The notes below the pieces were generated by a model. It was not told where the DNA came from, did no database searches, and saw only the letters and a program-made list of their open reading frames with translations. Both the position numbers and the translations under genes were made by a program. DNA of 63,185 nt, counting the filler, from Aduncisulcus paluster (taxonomy: Eukaryota): NCBI GenBank assembly GCA_024181965.1. It is 5 parts of 5 records of this genome, joined end to end, with 100 filler letters (N's around TTAATTAATTAA, not from the genome) between each part and the next. Parts side by side here need not be neighbours in the genome. Positions count along the whole stretch, not along the records: positions 48,442 to 60,607 come from BQXS01012487.1; positions 60,708 to 63,185 come from BQXS01012543.1; 3 more parts are not named here. The stretch is one strand, 5' to 3'. Positions 59,708 to 63,185 of the stretch are shown piece by piece (the stretch's first letter is position 1; each line of letters begins with the position of its first letter).

Positions 59708-60290
59708 ATGAGAATTATTGGCAAATGTATTGTAGATATTGGATATGATTGGGGCAAAGTGTATAAAGGCCCCTTTCCTATTGGTCATCCAGATCTATCT
59801 GAAATTGATGGATATAAAGCATATGGGGATTATCACAGTGGTGATAATCATTCTAGTTTATTGCAATTCTTAAGAGGTGAAGAATACATCTATTTCAATC
59901 CCAATTTACATCTCCCATTTCTTACACCGCATTATCTCAGTAAGTTTGTTGTAAGTCATCATAGTTTTCCTGATGGAATCAAAGATTTCAATGCCACATT
60001 CACAACATCAGATGGAAATAAGATAACAAAAGAATACCAAATGGGAGAGGTGCCTCCAAATCATCATTTCTGGCAAGAGTTCCCGATAGATATTGATAAT
60101 GTTATTTCTTGTGATATTCATGTTATATCGTCGTGGGATGGAAAACAAAGAAACATTTTTTTGCAAGCCATTCGATTCGTGATTGATAAAGAACAAGAAA
60201 AGAAGAAGGCTATGGAATATGACCTAACAAGAGAAAACGAAAGCTGAACTTGCAACCATTGAACGATTATCGATGTTGCCGTGGTTATAG
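59708..60290 (+). CDS. Beta-sandwich family paralogue A'; ORF stops at 60247 and the conserved ELATIERLSMLPWL end is out of frame (to 60290)
   Basis: Central ~230 bp essentially identical to paralogue A; frameshift in an A-rich stretch near 60230-60243. Confidence 0.75.
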
Positions 60291-61419
60291 CTGATCCTTC
60301 ATATCATCGTTTCCACAAGGATTGAATACAACTTCTTTCCTGATAACAATCATATTGTATGAACCATTACTTCCTGTCATGTCTTGAGATATGATGGATA
60401 CCATGTGTATATTGTCACTTTCATGTTTATATCGCTGTATTGTCAATAATGTCAACAATGTCTGAGTACGCCTTATTTGGAGAACAAATGTGTTTACAAA
60501 ATAAATGATTTATTATCATGTATGCATATTAATAATGATAAGAAACATCGATTTTGGATATTATTGTTCTGTTCCAAGACAATTATAAAAACGTGCTTTT
60601 CCTTGCANNNNNNNNNNNNNNNNNNNNNNNNNNNNNNNNNNNNNNNNNNNNTTAATTAATTAANNNNNNNNNNNNNNNNNNNNNNNNNNNNNNNNNNNNN
60701 NNNNNNNCAATAGTCAAGCCCAATCATAGGTGTCAAACACAAGTGTTCGTCGCAGAACCAAGCCCAGCGAAGAAGTCAATAAAGTACGTGTATTCAGGGA
60801 GGTCAGATCTTGGAGGTGGCCAGACAAGGTCAAGGACAAGGCAGACGTCATTCAGGAGGAAAGAATCTAAAATGACAGTCAGAGGAACCATAAATGGGAA
60901 GGACAAGCATAATAGCGAACAATATCCAAATAATTTGCAGGTAAGCAATGGGGTTGAGGCAATCAGAATAAATATCAGCTTGGTCTTAGAATGGCTGGAA
61001 TTATGACAACCAGCAAGAGTTCTGGATCAAGGGGAATTAAAATAATATGTTTTAAACATATCACTGAGTGGTACTTGTGTCAAAACAACAACATTTTCAA
61101 GTGCCACACAGTGATTCATGATGACCCATTTTGACCACTTTTTTCATCATAATAAATGATTTTTTTATTTTTTATTTTCATTTATTTTAATTAATTTTTT
61201 TTTTAAATTTGTGATATAACACTCTTAACATCATATCTCGAAAGGTTTTTGTATCAGGCGATTTCCAAATTTATATGGACATTAAATAAAAATATTTTTT
61301 ATAATTATCATTTTTATTAACATTTATCTCATTTTTATATCATTTTTATGCAAGCAACATGTTTGCACGAAGTTCCCATTTTTATCTTCTTTTTTTGTCA
61401 ACATCGTGTCCTTAAAAGC

Positions 61420-61765
61420 GGTCTCCCTTGGGTTTGGCCAACCCAGGGGAGGCGTAAGTCTTATTTATTTTAATTGTTTTAGTTCCTGCTCCTCCCCCCG
61501 ATGACCCCCCCTGTATTTCTGTTTTCTTTGTAAAAAAAGGGGGGGTCCCCAACGATTTTTTGTTTTTTTGTTTGAAATAATTTAAGAAATTTATAAAGTA
61601 AATATTTTAACTTAAGATTTATTATAAAACTGATATTTTGGTATGACCTAGGTCAGGGTATGGTATAACCCCTGTATGACCAGGTGGTCAAATGTACTCT
61701 ATAGGTTGGTATGACCTAGTGGTCCAGACCTAGGTCAGGACCATCGGTATGACCTAGGTCATACC
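61420..61765. repeat. GC-rich hairpins and a cluster of palindromic GGTATGACCTAGGTCA repeats
   Basis: Stem CTCCCTTGGGTT/AACCCAGGGGAG (61423-61451); GAC7/G7TC stem (61503-61547); repeats at 61640, ~61673, 61708 and 61727; perfect 20-bp palindrome at 61746-61765. Confidence 0.85.
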
Positions 61766-61848
61766 TAAAAAAGTCATCGCTGTGATCTTTGTCATGAGCA
61801 AGATTATAACCCGTTAGAGTGAGAGGCTCTATTTTAGGAAGGGCAGGG

Positions 61849-61964
61849 TGTTACATACCATATATTTAGGGTATAATGGGGCCCACCTTTGGGTGTTTCT
61901 CATATTCTATTTATAGATCATCGATCCGAACCTTTATTTCAATAAATTCGTAGCATTCAATACA
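61849..61964 (+). repeat. Probable ~116-bp 3' LTR preceded by a PPT
   Basis: AGGAAGGGCAGGG (61836-61848) then TGTTACA...TTCAATAAATTCGT...CAATACA; an integrase frame begins right after it. Confidence 0.55.
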
Positions 61965-61969
61965 CAGGC

Positions 61970-62548
61970 ATGAAGAAGTCTCAGGATAAGGAGAAAACGA
62001 AAAGACCTGCCGTACCACTGGAAGGATGGGAACGAAGTATGCTGCCACACGAGTGGAGAGTCGACTCAGAGGGTCGAGAACAGCTGCCGATGGGTTTCAA
62101 ATTACAGCCCAACTCGTTCGTGGTGGTGATACCAAAGACACCACCAACCAAGGGTTCACTAGCACCCGCGATGCTCGGTCCGTACCAGGTTGTCTCGCAC
62201 GATCAAGTGTTCAAGAGGGTACAACTGCGGAACCTCGTGAATGATGAAGTCAAGACGTGGTCAGACGACTCAGTGGTGCCGTTTGACGACTCACTGTATA
62301 ATGACGACCAGCTAAAGAAGCTGTGTGCTGTGGGTAAAGATGAATACATCATTGAGAAGGTAATTAGCCACTACAAAGGTCTCAACGCACAGGACGAAGA
62401 GGAATATCTCTTCGAGGTCAAATGGTTGACCTGGGCGGAAACGTTCGTAGAGCCTGGCTCAGGATTAGCTCACAATCTGACTTTTAAGCAGTATGTGCAA
62501 AGCTATCCTGAGGTGGCAGAGTTTTATTCGATTACAATCGATGACTGA
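61970..62548 (+). CDS. Integrase C-terminus: GPY/F module + chromodomain (N-terminally truncated)
   Basis: LQPNSFVVV...SLAPAMLGPYQVV...; EYIIEKVISH...YLFEVKWLTW..T.VEP...L..N..FKQY. Confidence 0.88.
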   Translation: MKKSQDKEKTKRPAVPLEGWERSMLPHEWRVDSEGREQLPMGFKLQPNSFVVVIPKTPPTKGSLAPAMLGPYQVVSHDQVFKRVQLRNLVNDEVKTWSDDSVVPFDDSLYNDDQLKKLCAVGKDEYIIEKVISHYKGLNAQDEEEYLFEVKWLTWAETFVEPGSGLAHNLTFKQYVQSYPEVAEFYSITIDD

Positions 62549-62866
62549 GAGTTTGGCAACAGTGATGCGCACGCTGAAGCCATATGTTCAACTGACCACT
62601 AGAAATAGTGTGACCCTTTTCTGTGTTGTTCTGAAATAGGTTTCTCCCGCGAACACGTGGGTTTCCGTATCTTTTCACAGGAACAAGTCGGGCGATTGTG
62701 CTGCAGAATGCAGTACGTGATGTCTACCGGGACAATGATACTGATACTGAGCACAGGCTGAGCAGCAGGGAGGTTGCAGGTGCAGGAGAAGGAGGTGCAG
62801 TAACAGTCACGCACCACCCTACCTCTAAGGGTGACCACGGTCATCCTTGAAGAGAGTTGAGGAGGG

Positions 62867-62990
62867 TGTTGGCGGCGGCTGGGCACAGGCGGTACCGGTT
62901 GATTACCGCCTGATCAGATATTTAATAAATTGTGGAACCGTTTAGATCCGTTATAAAGATTTTTAGATTTATTTGTTTAGTACTACCACA
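62867..62990 (+). repeat. 124-bp 3' LTR
   Basis: TGT...ACA after a purine tract; internal 9-bp hairpin CAGGCGGTA/TACCGCCTG (62886-62912); TTTAATAAATTGT. Confidence 0.7.
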
Positions 62991-63185
62991 CTTCCATTCC
63001 CGTCGTGCTCTCTGCACGTTCAATTTCACAGAAACGAGTAAAGTTATCAACGATCACCACCATATACTTCCATTTTGAATCCGAATCCGTATTAATCGGC
63101 CCATACGTATCTATTGACACCTCCTCAAACGGTCTTGATTTCATAATGGTACCAATAACACTTGGTGGTGGGATTTTTCTGTTTT
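62991..63185 (-). mobile_element. Retrotransposon integrase core (rve) fragment interrupted by the adjacent LTR (not in ORF track)
   Basis: Manual translation NRKIPPPSVIGTIMKSRPFEEVSIDTYGPINTDSDSKWKYMVVIVDNFTRFCEIERAESTTGME, including the first catalytic Asp; the frame stops 5 nt into the LTR sequence. Confidence 0.88.

Larger units (their letters stand above)
57163..60607 (+). repeat. Tandem duplication, unit ~2.4 kb (A-B, A'-...)
   Basis: 57163-58188 matches 59578-60607 including non-coding flanks; the next copy is cut by the gap. Confidence 0.9.
61965..62990 (+). mobile_element. 3' portion of a chromodomain Ty3/gypsy retrotransposon (integrase C-terminus, 3' UTR, PPT, 124-bp 3' LTR)
   Basis: ORF 61970-62548 with LAPAMLGPYQV (GPY/F) and chromodomain; GAAGAGAGTTGAGGAGGG|TGTTGG...CCACA. 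Confidence 0.82.

Noticed and set aside
57293..60290. Diversity-generating retroelement acting on the paralogue array
   Set aside because: Differences are not adenine-specific and include indels; no template repeat or DGR reverse transcriptase is visible.
15130..60707. TTAATTAATTAA palindromes as a biological repeat
   Set aside because: Always centred in N44 blocks; this is a six-frame-stop linker used to join contigs. Gene adjacency across these spacers is meaningless.
60708..61006. Short ORFs at the start of the last contig
   Set aside because: No recognisable motif in any frame; cannot be supported as a gene.
61970..62548. Polinton/virophage integrase or a stand-alone domesticated chromodomain gene
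   Set aside because: The GPY/F motif plus downstream PPT and LTR indicate Ty3/gypsy; the ATG is probably an internal Met exposed by the upstream insertion.

Overview
Compact, AT-rich, intron-poor eukaryotic (protist) genomic DNA read with the standard genetic code. The gene set and the lineage-specific paralogue families suggest a free-living fornicate/metamonad such as Aduncisulcus, but that is inference. The window is a concatenation of five assembly pieces joined by N44-TTAATTAATTAA-N44 spacers. It also has five 20-N gaps with duplicated flanks and several probable homopolymer indel errors. Recognisable genes: tRNA-Gln(UUG), Rab escort protein/GDI, a tandem-CH-domain protein, a Rab32-like GTPase, a 2xRRM protein, riboflavin kinase, MND1, copine, a Cdc25/ACR2-like rhodanese (absent from the ORF track), TatD, PRP8, PheRS beta, Aha1-N, Exo70 and Vps26. 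Three GTATGT...TAG introns sit very close to start codons. Most notable: (1) chromodomain-integrase Ty3/gypsy-type retrotransposon remains with very short LTRs (92, ~116, 124 bp) that share a motif, including an apparent triple nest in which each element landed inside the integrase of the next; (2) a 1663-aa type II membrane protein joining a pseudo-deubiquitinase-like cytosolic domain to a phage-fibre/adhesin-like beta-repeat stalk and a Cys-pair repeat head; (3) a tandem array of beta-sandwich paralogues with hypervariable loops and mosaic sequence.
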